From a virus (lineage: Duplodnaviria > Heunggongvirae > Uroviricota > Caudoviricetes), in IMG/VR virus record IMGVR_UViG_3300020202_000067, positions 17,335-81,334 of that record: a DNA stretch of 64,000 nt, one strand, 5' to 3'. The notes under the pieces are model-generated. The model searched no databases and was not told the DNA's origin. It saw only the letters and a program-made list of their open reading frames with translations. A program made the translations under genes and the position numbers. This document shows, piece by piece, positions 48,836 to 56,656 of the stretch. Within the stretch, counting starts at the first letter, position 1. Every line of letters starts with the position of its first letter.

Positions 48836-49594
48836 TCAGGAAAGAGCTCTCATCTGGTCGATCAGCTTGATCATGAACCTCTTCTCCTCGATTGAGATCG
48901 GGAGTTGTCTGATGTGATTGTCAAGATCATTCGCTGCCTTATCGAACGTTCGCTCGATAAACAAGTCGATCCAAGGGTGCACGGCGCGCACCGCAGTCTT
49001 CATGTCCTCAAGCACGTCACGGTATTCGCCCTGGGTGCGGGATGAGGAGCGCTTGCGCACCACATCAACAAACGTGCGCATGTTCATCTTGGCGACGATG
49101 TTGGTCAAGATGTTGGTGGGCAAGATGCCGCGTGCGTCTTCGATCGCAGCGCCATTCTTAATTAGCTCCTTGTAAACTGTATCAGTGAACGACATGCCTT
49201 GATCATAGATATGTTGTAGTCCTTCACTCTCAACGATGCTCGGCCCTGTCAGGTAGTCCCACCCCGGACCCTCGCTCACGTCCAAAACGCGCATGGTCTG
49301 TTGAGCAAAGCTGGCGGTGCGCGTGCGCACAAACTGGTGCGTGAAGGCGCGCGTCACATCCTCAATGACGAAGGTGTAGTCAACAAACTCCCAACTCGAT
49401 GGGATCGTATTGGCCATGTATTCGAGCTCCTTCCAGAGCTCAGCGATCGGCATGTCGAGGTATTTGCGCAAGCCTTCCGGGTTCATGGTGAGGCGCGTGT
49501 TCTTGGTGAACACAAGCAGTGCCGCCGCATAGTGGCTGGCATCCAGCCGCCCAGACCCGGTGTAGTCAAGCAGTGAGACCTTCAGCTTCTTCAT
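48836..49594 (-). CDS. thyX: flavin-dependent thymidylate synthase-like protein (divergent signature)
   Basis: Start at MKKLKVSLLDYTG. Signature RTRTASFAQQTMR versus the canonical RHRxxSxxxxSxR. About 30-aa C-terminal extension. Confidence 0.7.
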   Translation of the reverse strand: MKKLKVSLLDYTGSGRLDASHYAAALLVFTKNTRLTMNPEGLRKYLDMPIAELWKELEYMANTIPSSWEFVDYTFVIEDVTRAFTHQFVRTRTASFAQQTMRVLDVSEGPGWDYLTGPSIVESEGLQHIYDQGMSFTDTVYKELIKNGAAIEDARGILPTNILTNIVAKMNMRTFVDVVRKRSSSRTQGEYRDVLEDMKTAVRAVHPWIDLFIERTFDKAANDLDNHIRQLPISIEEKRFMIKLIDQMRALS

Positions 49595-50273
49595 CGCTCT
49601 CTCCATAAACTCTCTCAAGCACCTGCCGGACCTTCATGAGATCCATCTTGTCGTCCACTGTCCGCACGCCGCTTTCCATGTCGATGTAGTACGGGCCGCG
49701 CGCATTCATCTTGACCAGTTCAGCAACAACTTTGTCAGGGTTGAGGCCGCCTGAATAACCGTTGATGCCTTGCTTGTTTTCAAGATAGCGAGGCCAATGC
49801 TCTGGTCGGAGACCTCTTCCGCCTGAAGGATCATACAACCAATCTACCCGAGGATCAGTCGGCATCGCCGGTAATTGATGCTGCAACACCACGCGCACGC
49901 CATACTTCTTGCTGAACTCTACAGCATGGTCTTTCCAAAAGACATCTCCTGAAACAGGACGATAGTTGACCTGCACCCTCTGGAAACGCGACCATGGTAT
50001 GCTTGGACTGACAGGGTCAAGATCGCCGGTGTCGATGATCTTCTTCGCAAAGTAACCACAGATGTGCGCGGAGAGCGGCAACATCGATCTGGCCAGCTCC
50101 TTCACGTATGCGTAATCTGGGTAGCGAGGATGATTGCCGCTCTTGGTCGGCGAGAAGAGCACACCCCATTCAATGCGGCCGAGGTTCTCACGCGTGATCA
50201 CTTCAGCGTCGTTGATGTAGATGCTCTCATCGATGCCGGTGAAGGTGATGTGGTTAGGGAGCAACATTGCCAA
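49566..50273 (-). CDS. TrpF (phosphoribosylanthranilate isomerase)-like TIM-barrel protein
   Basis: Collinear with TrpF blocks: ITFTGID, EWGVLF, VQVNY, LYDPSGGRG, YSGGLNPDKV, IDMESGV. The TrpF catalytic Cys position is Thr. Confidence 0.5.
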   Translation of the reverse strand: MAMLLPNHITFTGIDESIYINDAEVITRENLGRIEWGVLFSPTKSGNHPRYPDYAYVKELARSMLPLSAHICGYFAKKIIDTGDLDPVSPSIPWSRFQRVQVNYRPVSGDVFWKDHAVEFSKKYGVRVVLQHQLPAMPTDPRVDWLYDPSGGRGLRPEHWPRYLENKQGINGYSGGLNPDKVVAELVKMNARGPYYIDMESGVRTVDDKMDLMKVRQVLERVYGESDEEAEGLTA

Positions 50274-50526
50274 ACCTCATTTGCCCGATGGTCCTTGCAT
50301 CAAGTTCTTTTACCCGCTCTTCCAATTTCTTCAGCCTTTCAACTTCATCCTTGCCTTTAAAAGAGCCACAAAAGTCGTCCTTAAAGGTTAATGGCCAATT
50401 GGCGCTTTTCCAAGATCCAGGAGCCATTTCTTCTGCGCCACTCTTAGGAGGAGCGCCGTGACAGAACCCATATCCCTCCTTCCAAGGTGCAAACCAAGAA
50501 CACTTTTCACAATTGTTGTTGTTCAT
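50254..50526 (-). CDS. small Cys-rich protein
   Basis: CEKCSWF...GFCHGAPP...WPLTFKDDFCGSF, then a coiled-coil tail. 90 aa. Confidence 0.55.
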   Translation of the reverse strand: MNNNNCEKCSWFAPWKEGYGFCHGAPPKSGAEEMAPGSWKSANWPLTFKDDFCGSFKGKDEVERLKKLEERVKELDARTIGQMRFGNVAP

Positions 50527-51455
50527 CTATGCCTCGCTAGCTTGTATCCACGGTCCTTGGATGCGATCCATTTGTCAATGAGGCGGACGTCATTGACGAG
50601 GTCGTCTAGCAGCAAACCAGGACGCCACGTCGCGAAGCGTCCCAAGGAGAAGACGCCGTGCTTGTCGGTCGCCCAGTGAATGAACTCTTTGCGCATGTAG
50701 TCATCCACCGGAGCTATTTTTGCATAGCGCTGCTCCACGGCACGAGGATTTTCCACCCAAGCGCTCGAGATGCCAAGCATCGTGCAGGCTTCTCTCGCCA
50801 AGTCGTCTGCATCGATTTGACTGGCATTCACTCCAGGGATCTCGACAATGAGCTCATTGCCAGTGAGCGAAACGCGCGAGATCGGGTTGCCTGGATCTGT
50901 GACCAGGATCGAAACATAAGCGTCGCAACGCGCAACAGCAGCTCGTACATTGACACCGTGCATCCAATTGAAAAGGAACTTGTCGCGCAACGGATATTGA
51001 AGGGCATCCATCAACAAAGGCATAGGGATGGTCGAGACCGTCACCACATTCGGGTCTCTTTCTGCACCCTCCCTATAAAATTCATAGTCTGTGTCAAAGA
51101 GCGCGCGCACAGGATCAGCCATCTGCTGGATGAGATCTGGCGGAGCGATCCAACGTTCAGACGCGACGAGGCCATCAATGACGGACCGGTCTGAGCGGTA
51201 AACCTGATTGTTCTTGTAGGAATAAGCCAACGCATCCGCCACCGGGTTCAGCCACGGCAGCGCATACTTGATCATCTTCACCTTCTTGAACTCGATGCCG
51301 AGAACGTCGCCAATCTGCGGCGTGCGGAAGCGCAACACGGCTGAGTGATTGTTCGGCAGACCCTTTTGCTTTTCATACACGATAGGCTGGCGATGTTGCA
51401 GCATCCGCGCCGCGAGTAGACCTGCCATCCCGGCACCTACAATTTCGAGTTTCAT
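50523..51455 (-). CDS. FAD-dependent enzyme, UDP-galactopyranose-mutase/amine-oxidase-like
   Basis: N-terminal IVGAGMAGLLAA (GxGxxG) and C-terminal GRFATWRPGLLLDD, resembling the UGM GRLxxYxYxxMD segment. Confidence 0.55.
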   Translation of the reverse strand: MKLEIVGAGMAGLLAARMLQHRQPIVYEKQKGLPNNHSAVLRFRTPQIGDVLGIEFKKVKMIKYALPWLNPVADALAYSYKNNQVYRSDRSVIDGLVASERWIAPPDLIQQMADPVRALFDTDYEFYREGAERDPNVVTVSTIPMPLLMDALQYPLRDKFLFNWMHGVNVRAAVARCDAYVSILVTDPGNPISRVSLTGNELIVEIPGVNASQIDADDLAREACTMLGISSAWVENPRAVEQRYAKIAPVDDYMRKEFIHWATDKHGVFSLGRFATWRPGLLLDDLVNDVRLIDKWIASKDRGYKLARHR

Positions 51456-51688
51456 GACGCAACCTCCATACCGCGCGATGAAATGCGCATGGCAAGCAAG
51501 GAGCGCTGGCCGACCGCTGAAGTGAGATCGACCATCACTGTGAAAATTTCAATCAGCCCTAACTGACGAAGCTCTCTGGCCGTTTCAAACTCACTGGCAC
51601 TGATCAAGAATGAATTGTTCATTCCTGCATTGTAAAGAGACCTCAACAGAACATGTTGTTCGTGAGGAAGAAGCAGCTTGTTATTCAT
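51452..51688 (-). CDS. hypothetical protein
   Basis: 78 aa track ORF, ATGA-coupled downstream. Confidence 0.5.
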   Translation of the reverse strand: MNNKLLLPHEQHVLLRSLYNAGMNNSFLISASEFETARELRQLGLIEIFTVMVDLTSAVGQRSLLAMRISSRGMEVAS

Positions 51689-51721
51689 GACACGAACCTG
51701 ACCTCCTTGGCTCCACGTTCC

Positions 51722-51967
51722 TTAAGCAAGGCTTCGAGCGTCGCGTGCACTAGCGCAACGTTGGCATATTTCCTGCCGCCTGTCACGATCACCTTGCATG
51801 TACTCACCGTAATGCTCCCAGCAAAGAATGCCCACACCATCTAACCAGACAATTCCGTACTCCTTACACAAATCACAAGCGCCGTTGTGCAACCTCTCGC
51901 TCTCTGCGTGCGATCCACGCATCCAACGAATGAGCGAAGTTAGGGCGTTTCTCACGGCGACGAGCAT
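51722..51967 (-). CDS. hypothetical Cys-rich protein (start uncertain)
   Basis: CDLCKEYG...CWEHY...CQRC. The 5' part overlaps 51873-52031 in another frame. Confidence 0.35.
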   Translation of the reverse strand: MLVAVRNALTSLIRWMRGSHAESERLHNGACDLCKEYGIVWLDGVGILCWEHYGEYMQGDRDRRQEICQRCASARDARSLA

Positions 51968-52031
51968 CCTTCAGCTCCTTGAGTGTCATGTCGCCCATCT
52001 GCTTGGCGGGCGGCATAGTGTAACTAACCAT
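51873..52031 (-). CDS. small basic protein (start re-assigned)
   Basis: MVSYTMPPAKQMGDMTLKELKDARRREKR...; the start overlaps the TAG of the upstream gene. The upstream part of the track ORF is K/R/S junk. Confidence 0.35.
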   Translation of the reverse strand: MVSYTMPPAKQMGDMTLKELKDARRREKRPNFAHSLDAWIARREREVAQRRL

Positions 52032-52266
52032 TGCAGTAGTCTTCGTAACTGCCATAGACCTTGACACCGTTGACGTACTTGAAGCGCGGCTTCGGCCACG
52101 AGGCTTCTGCGCGCGCCCAGCTTTGAGCTTGGGCCTTGATTTGAGCTTGCTTTTCTTCATCGCTCATTGCATCCCATTTCTTTTTCGCTTCAGCGAGGAG
52201 TCTGTCTAGAGGCACTGGCATCGAGCTCATCGCCACACTCCTTGCATTGATGTTTCCATTCACCAT
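52024..52266 (-). CDS. hypothetical protein
   Basis: 80 aa track ORF. The true start is possibly MSSMPVPL. Confidence 0.5.
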   Translation of the reverse strand: MVNGNINARSVAMSSMPVPLDRLLAEAKKKWDAMSDEEKQAQIKAQAQSWARAEASWPKPRFKYVNGVKVYGSYEDYCNG

Positions 52267-52399
52267 CGACTTTCAGCACGCTCCATCCTGCCTCACGCAT
52301 TGCGGCGAGTGCTATTTGAAAATTCTCTGAATTTGTCTCGAGAACTTCTTCGCACTCGTCGCAGATGAAGATGATCTTTCGGTGCTGGCGATCGATCAA
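52190..52399 (-). CDS. zinc-ribbon-like small protein
   Basis: CDEC ... CKEC pairs. 69 aa. Confidence 0.5.
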   Translation of the reverse strand: MIDRQHRKIIFICDECEEVLETNSENFQIALAAMREAGWSVLKVDGEWKHQCKECGDELDASASRQTPR

Positions 52400-52821
52400 G
52401 CTACTTCCTCAACTTTAGAGACATCTTTCCAAATTGGCTCAAGCGTTATCACGCCATCACTTGTGTTCTGCCAACGCTCCCATTTCTGCTGCAGAATGTT
52501 CTCTCCGTCACGGAACAAGAACCGGAACTCATTGGTGCGTCCTTCAATGATGTTGTATCCTGGAGCCGGGCTGCTGTAGGGCGAAGGCAGAGCAATCGGT
52601 TCAGCCCAATGCGTGACTTCGAAGCCGTAGTCTGATAGGTCTGTGTTTATGACATCGAGCCACCGCGTCTTGCCATTGCGCGGCGGGCGATACTCATTGT
52701 CATAGAAACCGAGAGTCAAGAACCTAGCCTTGTCCCCGACCATTCCACTGTCACCTGTCAACATGACAATACGCTTTTGCTGCGGCATGACCTTGCTGAC
52801 GTCGTACCAGTTGACATTCAT
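52396..52821 (-). CDS. DUF551-like protein
   Basis: WYDVSKVMP...THWAEPIALPSP matches the DUF551 pattern as I recall it. Confidence 0.55.
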   Translation of the reverse strand: MNVNWYDVSKVMPQQKRIVMLTGDSGMVGDKARFLTLGFYDNEYRPPRNGKTRWLDVINTDLSDYGFEVTHWAEPIALPSPYSSPAPGYNIIEGRTNEFRFLFRDGENILQQKWERWQNTSDGVITLEPIWKDVSKVEEVA

Positions 52822-52937
52822 GCTGCATCCTCCGGAACTTCAGCGTGGTGAAGATAGCGCACAATCTTCTCCTCAGCGAGCAGCGCGAGCCGCTCTGCTT
52901 GGGTCTCGGTCAAGCCGTTGTGATGATTTGTGGTCAT
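52818..52937 (-). CDS. small hypothetical protein (39 aa, not in track)
   Basis: MTTNHHNGLTETQAERLALLAEEKIVRYLHHAEVPEDAA. ATGA overlaps at both ends. Confidence 0.4.
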   Translation of the reverse strand: MTTNHHNGLTETQAERLALLAEEKIVRYLHHAEVPEDAA

Positions 52938-53305
52938 GAAATTGCAACCTCAAATGTGGGCCATCGAACTTGGCGCTTGGGTTGATATGGAAACGTCACT
53001 GGAACATTGCTGTCGATGTCATACACGCGTCCAGTTCTAGCATCTTTGAATACAGAACCACAACGCTTGTTCTGAAACAATGGGCCATCATCTGAAATTT
53101 CCATCCACTCATCGTCCTCACCCGTGAGCGGAGAGAGCGGACCGCCCGCAAGCAATTGCATGAACACCGGAGCGACAGCCGCGACGGCTCCTCCACTGTC
53201 CCATTGATCGAGAAACTTTTCCAAGATCTCAATCATGACTGCGCTGTCTTCCTCGCCGAAGTTGATGCGCTCAAGCTCAGCCTTGGCTTGATCGATGATG
53301 CTCAT
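52934..53305 (-). CDS. hypothetical protein
   Basis: 123 aa track ORF. Confidence 0.6.
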   Translation of the reverse strand: MSIIDQAKAELERINFGEEDSAVMIEILEKFLDQWDSGGAVAAVAPVFMQLLAGGPLSPLTGEDDEWMEISDDGPLFQNKRCGSVFKDARTGRVYDIDSNVPVTFPYQPKRQVRWPTFEVAIS

Positions 53306-53559
53306 GATATCGGCTCCTCCATAATGTCTGAGTAGTCGCCAACATTGTAACCGACAATAGGTGGAATTTCAACAGATGGCACGTGCCGCGCCATAGCCGC
53401 TTCCTTGCTCTCCAAGGCGCAATCGACTTCTTCACATGCGCCATACTCATTCCATCCTGCACCGCAAGTTGTGCAATAGAACGGCTCACCGTCCTTCGAG
53501 TCACGGAACCCGCGCTTGCGGTTCATGGCCAGTTCGATTTCAGGTGCAATCTCTGCCAC
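53302..53559 (-). CDS. hypothetical Cys-containing protein
   Basis: GTG start 7 nt after GGAGGA. 85 aa. Confidence 0.5.
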   Translation of the reverse strand: MAEIAPEIELAMNRKRGFRDSKDGEPFYCTTCGAGWNEYGACEEVDCALESKEAAMARHVPSVEIPPIVGYNVGDYSDIMEEPIS

Positions 53560-53881
53560 GATAGTTCCTCCTGATGTTCTCCTTGAGCGACACCGCTTCA
53601 AGGTGCTCTGGGTTAACGCATCTGCGGTGTGCTAGCGGCAACCAGCCCCAGTGCTTGCATATATGGTCAACTGTCTGGCTGCGACGCAACTTCTTCCCAT
53701 TGAACAACTCCCATGCGCGACGATGCACGTAAAACCACACCTCAACGCCACCAATCCAGCGCTTCGCTTTTGGATAATTCCGCCCGCGCCCCTTGCCGTC
53801 TCCGCTATCAGCCCCAATCCACAACCAACAACCTGATGGACACACAATTACCCGTTCAAGAATTTCCTCGATTGATTGCAT
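53540..53881 (-). CDS. HNH endonuclease
   Basis: CWLW..., VDHICKHW...CVNPEHLEAVSLKENIRRN. This is the HNH_3-type homing-endonuclease pattern. Confidence 0.75.
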   Translation of the reverse strand: MQSIEEILERVIVCPSGCWLWIGADSGDGKGRGRNYPKAKRWIGGVEVWFYVHRRAWELFNGKKLRRSQTVDHICKHWGWLPLAHRRCVNPEHLEAVSLKENIRRNYRGRDCT

Positions 53882-53991
53882 TCTTGCCCCTCAAATACTC
53901 TCCATACGACATTCGCAGCCAAACGGTTTCTTTTGCATTATCAGATCTAACAACACGCTCATCCGCATCTCTAGCCGGCATTTTGAACGGC

Positions 53992-54057
53992 TCAAGACTT
54001 GCACGAAGCTCTTTCGCGTCGAGAGGCCCACGGCTGCCAGAGCGAGATTGCCTTCAT
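53992..54057 (-). pseudogene. possible remnant of an ASCH-like gene (21 codons)
   Basis: MKAISLWQPWAS is the characteristic ASCH-type N-terminus, preceded by a GGAGAC RBS. It stops after 21 codons and the downstream ~110 nt are open in other frames. Confidence 0.3.
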
Positions 54058-54059
54058 GG

Positions 54060-54368
54060 TCAGGTCTCCTGCGGTTCTGTGATGTCAGCGTCAGCAAGGC
54101 TACAGCCTTGCTCTTCGTTAGCGATTGCTGCCCGGCCAGCCGCGGTTATGCGCCACGAATACCGTGCCTGCCGATGGCCGCCGTCGCGCTTCGCCTCGAT
54201 CAATCCTAGGCGTTCCAGGGAGAGCAGCGTGCGGGACGATCTTGCGGCGACGCCGCCAGAAATCTCGGTCGTGCAAAACCACGTCGTCGGAAGCTTCATG
54301 CGCTCCATGGACGCGCGGCACGCCTCCAGCTCGCGCAGCGCTTCCACTTGATGCCTGCTCAGGTCCAT
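54060..54368 (-). CDS. winged-helix (MarR-like) DNA-binding protein
   Basis: 102 aa. SSRTLLSLERLGLIEAK is a typical wHTH recognition region. Confidence 0.55.
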   Translation of the reverse strand: MDLSRHQVEALRELEACRASMERMKLPTTWFCTTEISGGVAARSSRTLLSLERLGLIEAKRDGGHRQARYSWRITAAGRAAIANEEQGCSLADADITEPQET

Positions 54369-54490
54369 GGCTCGTGGTTCCTATTGAACAGCGCGGACCA
54401 GCTTGTGCCAGTATAAAAATGCGAACGCTCCGCTGTGGCCTGCTTGTGCAGGTCCTCCAGTGCGGCGATGAGGTCATCAGACCCGCTCAT
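54359..54490 (-). CDS. small hypothetical protein (43 aa, not in track)
   Basis: MSGSDDLIAALEDLHKQATAERSHFYTGTSWSALFNRNHEPWT. Fills the gap. Confidence 0.4.
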   Translation of the reverse strand: MSGSDDLIAALEDLHKQATAERSHFYTGTSWSALFNRNHEPWT

Positions 54491-54494
54491 GAGC

Positions 54495-55061
54495 CTAGAC
54501 CCCCATCCAATCATTGTCCATTGCTTCATTAGTGTCCCAGATGCAGTACTCCACCTCAGTCTTTCCGATAATGTAGTTGCGCCTCATCAAGACTTCCCTT
54601 GCATCTTGCAGCAGCTTCTCAAACCAATAGCGCGTGGTCCGCGCTCGCATGGTGAGGATCCTGTATTCGCGATCATGCCGTGTGGAGAGATGCATATTGA
54701 GGCAGTGCAACAGCTCCCGGTCGAAGAGCTCAGGAGTGTGCACATGCACGTGCGCCTCGAAGTATCCCTTCTCATCGAACGGCACTCGTTGCGGTGCGTT
54801 CGGGTGCCATGGAACGGTTTCGATTTTCTTGCGAATGATTTCAATGTCGAAGTCTTTTTGTAAAAACTCCGACTGGTCCTCCATCTCACGCCGCGCTTGC
54901 AGTTCAAGCTCACAACGAACAATTTCAGACGTGAGAAACTCACGCTTCAAGTTGCCGTCCGGAAGATGATTGTCGATGACAATCAAATCAAGCCCAGCAG
55001 CTCTGATTTTATCGCCAGGATCATTTGCCAGCGTGAGATGAATTTCATACGGCAAATTCAT
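54495..55061 (-). CDS. putative 2H phosphoesterase (LigT/CPDase-like)
   Basis: Start at MNLPYE (CAGGAGAA RBS). Two H-x-T/S-x candidates: EIHLTLA and NMHLSTR. 188 aa. Confidence 0.4.
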   Translation of the reverse strand: MNLPYEIHLTLANDPGDKIRAAGLDLIVIDNHLPDGNLKREFLTSEIVRCELELQARREMEDQSEFLQKDFDIEIIRKKIETVPWHPNAPQRVPFDEKGYFEAHVHVHTPELFDRELLHCLNMHLSTRHDREYRILTMRARTTRYWFEKLLQDAREVLMRRNYIIGKTEVEYCIWDTNEAMDNDWMGV

Positions 55062-55084
55062 GACCATTCTCCTGATTGGGAGAC

Positions 55085-55150
55085 GGCGGGAGAGTGCTCC
55101 CTTCTCCCCCGCCGCCATCACCGTCTGCGCTTTCCGTGTTGAACAGACGG
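55085..55150 (-). other. two GC-rich hairpins in 92-nt gap after the 300-aa gene
   Basis: GGCGGGAGAG / CTCCCCCGCC (55085-55113, 9/10 bp) and CCGTCTG / CAGACGG (55121-55150). Confidence 0.5.
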
Positions 55151-55153
55151 CAA

Positions 55154-56056
55154 TTACATCGTTTCGCTGTCACCAGCCGGGCGCTCAACACCTTCAGCAG
55201 CATCAAACGTCCGGGCACCAGTCGCCATGTCTTGTGCGAGCTTCTGACCGCGCTGCAGATCCTCCAGCGTGGGCACCCAGAAGGTGGACGGGATGCCTTC
55301 CTCTTCCTCACCGGCGTCCGTGATCTTGAACACGTACCAGGACTGCGCACCCTTGGTGCGGATCTCAGTGGTGAAGCGATAATAAACAGCGCAAGAGTCA
55401 GCACGCTGACCGTCGATCTGCTTATTGTTCATAAGCATCATCCAGGCCTTCGCGACAGAATGGCCTGTGGAAGCGAAGGGGATGACCAGCGGGATTGGCG
55501 GGTTCTCGCCATTCTCGTCAATGAGCCACCCACCATGGTAGCGCGTCTCCACGATGATGTTGCCATTCGGCCGCACGAGGAATTCACGATCCGGGTTCTG
55601 CGGATCAATGCCCTTCTTGCTCACTGTATCGCGAGGCATATCGTCATGCATGGCGACGAAGCCTTGACCGCCGCCGCCACCCGAATTGCGCGGCAGCCAC
55701 TCCACCCACTTCTTCTGGAAGTAGCAAGGCTGGAACAGAAAGCCCTGCTCGCCCTTGATCAGCGGGTTCGGGGCGTTCTTGATCAGGATGTCACCAGCCT
55801 GCGCGCCAGGGATCTGGGTCTGGGAGCCACGCATCACTTCAGGCGAATTAGCCTGCAGCACCCGTGCCATCGGGATGAGCAGGTCTGAGGCATCCTGCGA
55901 GGTGCCAGCGCCTGTCATCTTGGCTTGAGCGAGATGTGCAGGAACCTTGCCGCCTGAAGCAGTCACGGCACGCTGTTGGGACCTCTTGTCATTCACCGCT
56001 GGCACGGACGCCTTGCCCTTGGTCGGCGTCGCGGCCTTCTGTGCAGTCTTAGCCAT
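55154..56056 (-). CDS. hypothetical protein (possible ssDNA-binding/annealing protein)
   Basis: Start moved to MAKTAQK (GGAGAA RBS). Basic disordered N-terminus, GGGGGQG loop and acidic C-terminal tail. Function is a guess from architecture and position. Confidence 0.6.
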   Translation of the reverse strand: MAKTAQKAATPTKGKASVPAVNDKRSQQRAVTASGGKVPAHLAQAKMTGAGTSQDASDLLIPMARVLQANSPEVMRGSQTQIPGAQAGDILIKNAPNPLIKGEQGFLFQPCYFQKKWVEWLPRNSGGGGGQGFVAMHDDMPRDTVSKKGIDPQNPDREFLVRPNGNIIVETRYHGGWLIDENGENPPIPLVIPFASTGHSVAKAWMMLMNNKQIDGQRADSCAVYYRFTTEIRTKGAQSWYVFKITDAGEEEEGIPSTFWVPTLEDLQRGQKLAQDMATGARTFDAAEGVERPAGDSETM

Positions 56057-56342
56057 TGTCTTTCTCCAGGTTATCATCTCGGCCGAAAACGCCGAATGCT
56101 TCAAGAGCCTTGCGTGCACACTCACGATCACGCAAGGCCATGAACTCCTCAAACGCCTTGATCGCTTCTTCTGGACCAAGGTTGTGGATTTCTAAATTCT
56201 GGTCCTCCATCGGTAAGTGTGGCTCACAGCGCACGGCTTCAAAGTGCGTCACGTTCGTGCGCATCGTCCATGCGCCTTCCTCCCTGCGCCATGCCTGCGC
56301 GACCTTGTTGAGCGTTTCTTGAGTGATCACCGAACGCTCCAC
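56049..56342 (-). CDS. hypothetical protein
   Basis: 97 aa track ORF. Confidence 0.55.
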   Translation of the reverse strand: MERSVITQETLNKVAQAWRREEGAWTMRTNVTHFEAVRCEPHLPMEDQNLEIHNLGPEEAIKAFEEFMALRDRECARKALEAFGVFGRDDNLEKDNG

Positions 56343-56653
56343 AAGACAATGGAGAACATTGCAAGCCCCAAGTAGCTTGGCCAGTAGGCAGGCTTGGCTT
56401 CAAGAGGCACGACTTTCAAATCTGAATGAATAACAGGCTCGCGCTCGATGATGCCGTAGGCCAGCGCCCAATAGGTCCACGCCCGCGCCCACACACGCGC
56501 TTCTGAATACCAATCATTGCATGGACCAAAAGCGCCGTTGTGAGCGCAATAGCACGCGCCAGGATATTCAGGAAAGAAGCCAACACAACTTTGACATTCA
56601 TACTGCGGCCAAGCGTAGTTGATGATGAGACGTTGCAGCCATGTATTCTTCAC
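56327..56653 (-). CDS. Cys/Trp-rich membrane protein
   Basis: 108 aa with a C-terminal TM helix (YLGLAMFSIVLWSV). Confidence 0.55.
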   Translation of the reverse strand: MKNTWLQRLIINYAWPQYECQSCVGFFPEYPGACYCAHNGAFGPCNDWYSEARVWARAWTYWALAYGIIEREPVIHSDLKVVPLEAKPAYWPSYLGLAMFSIVLWSVR

Positions 56654-56656
56654 TTG

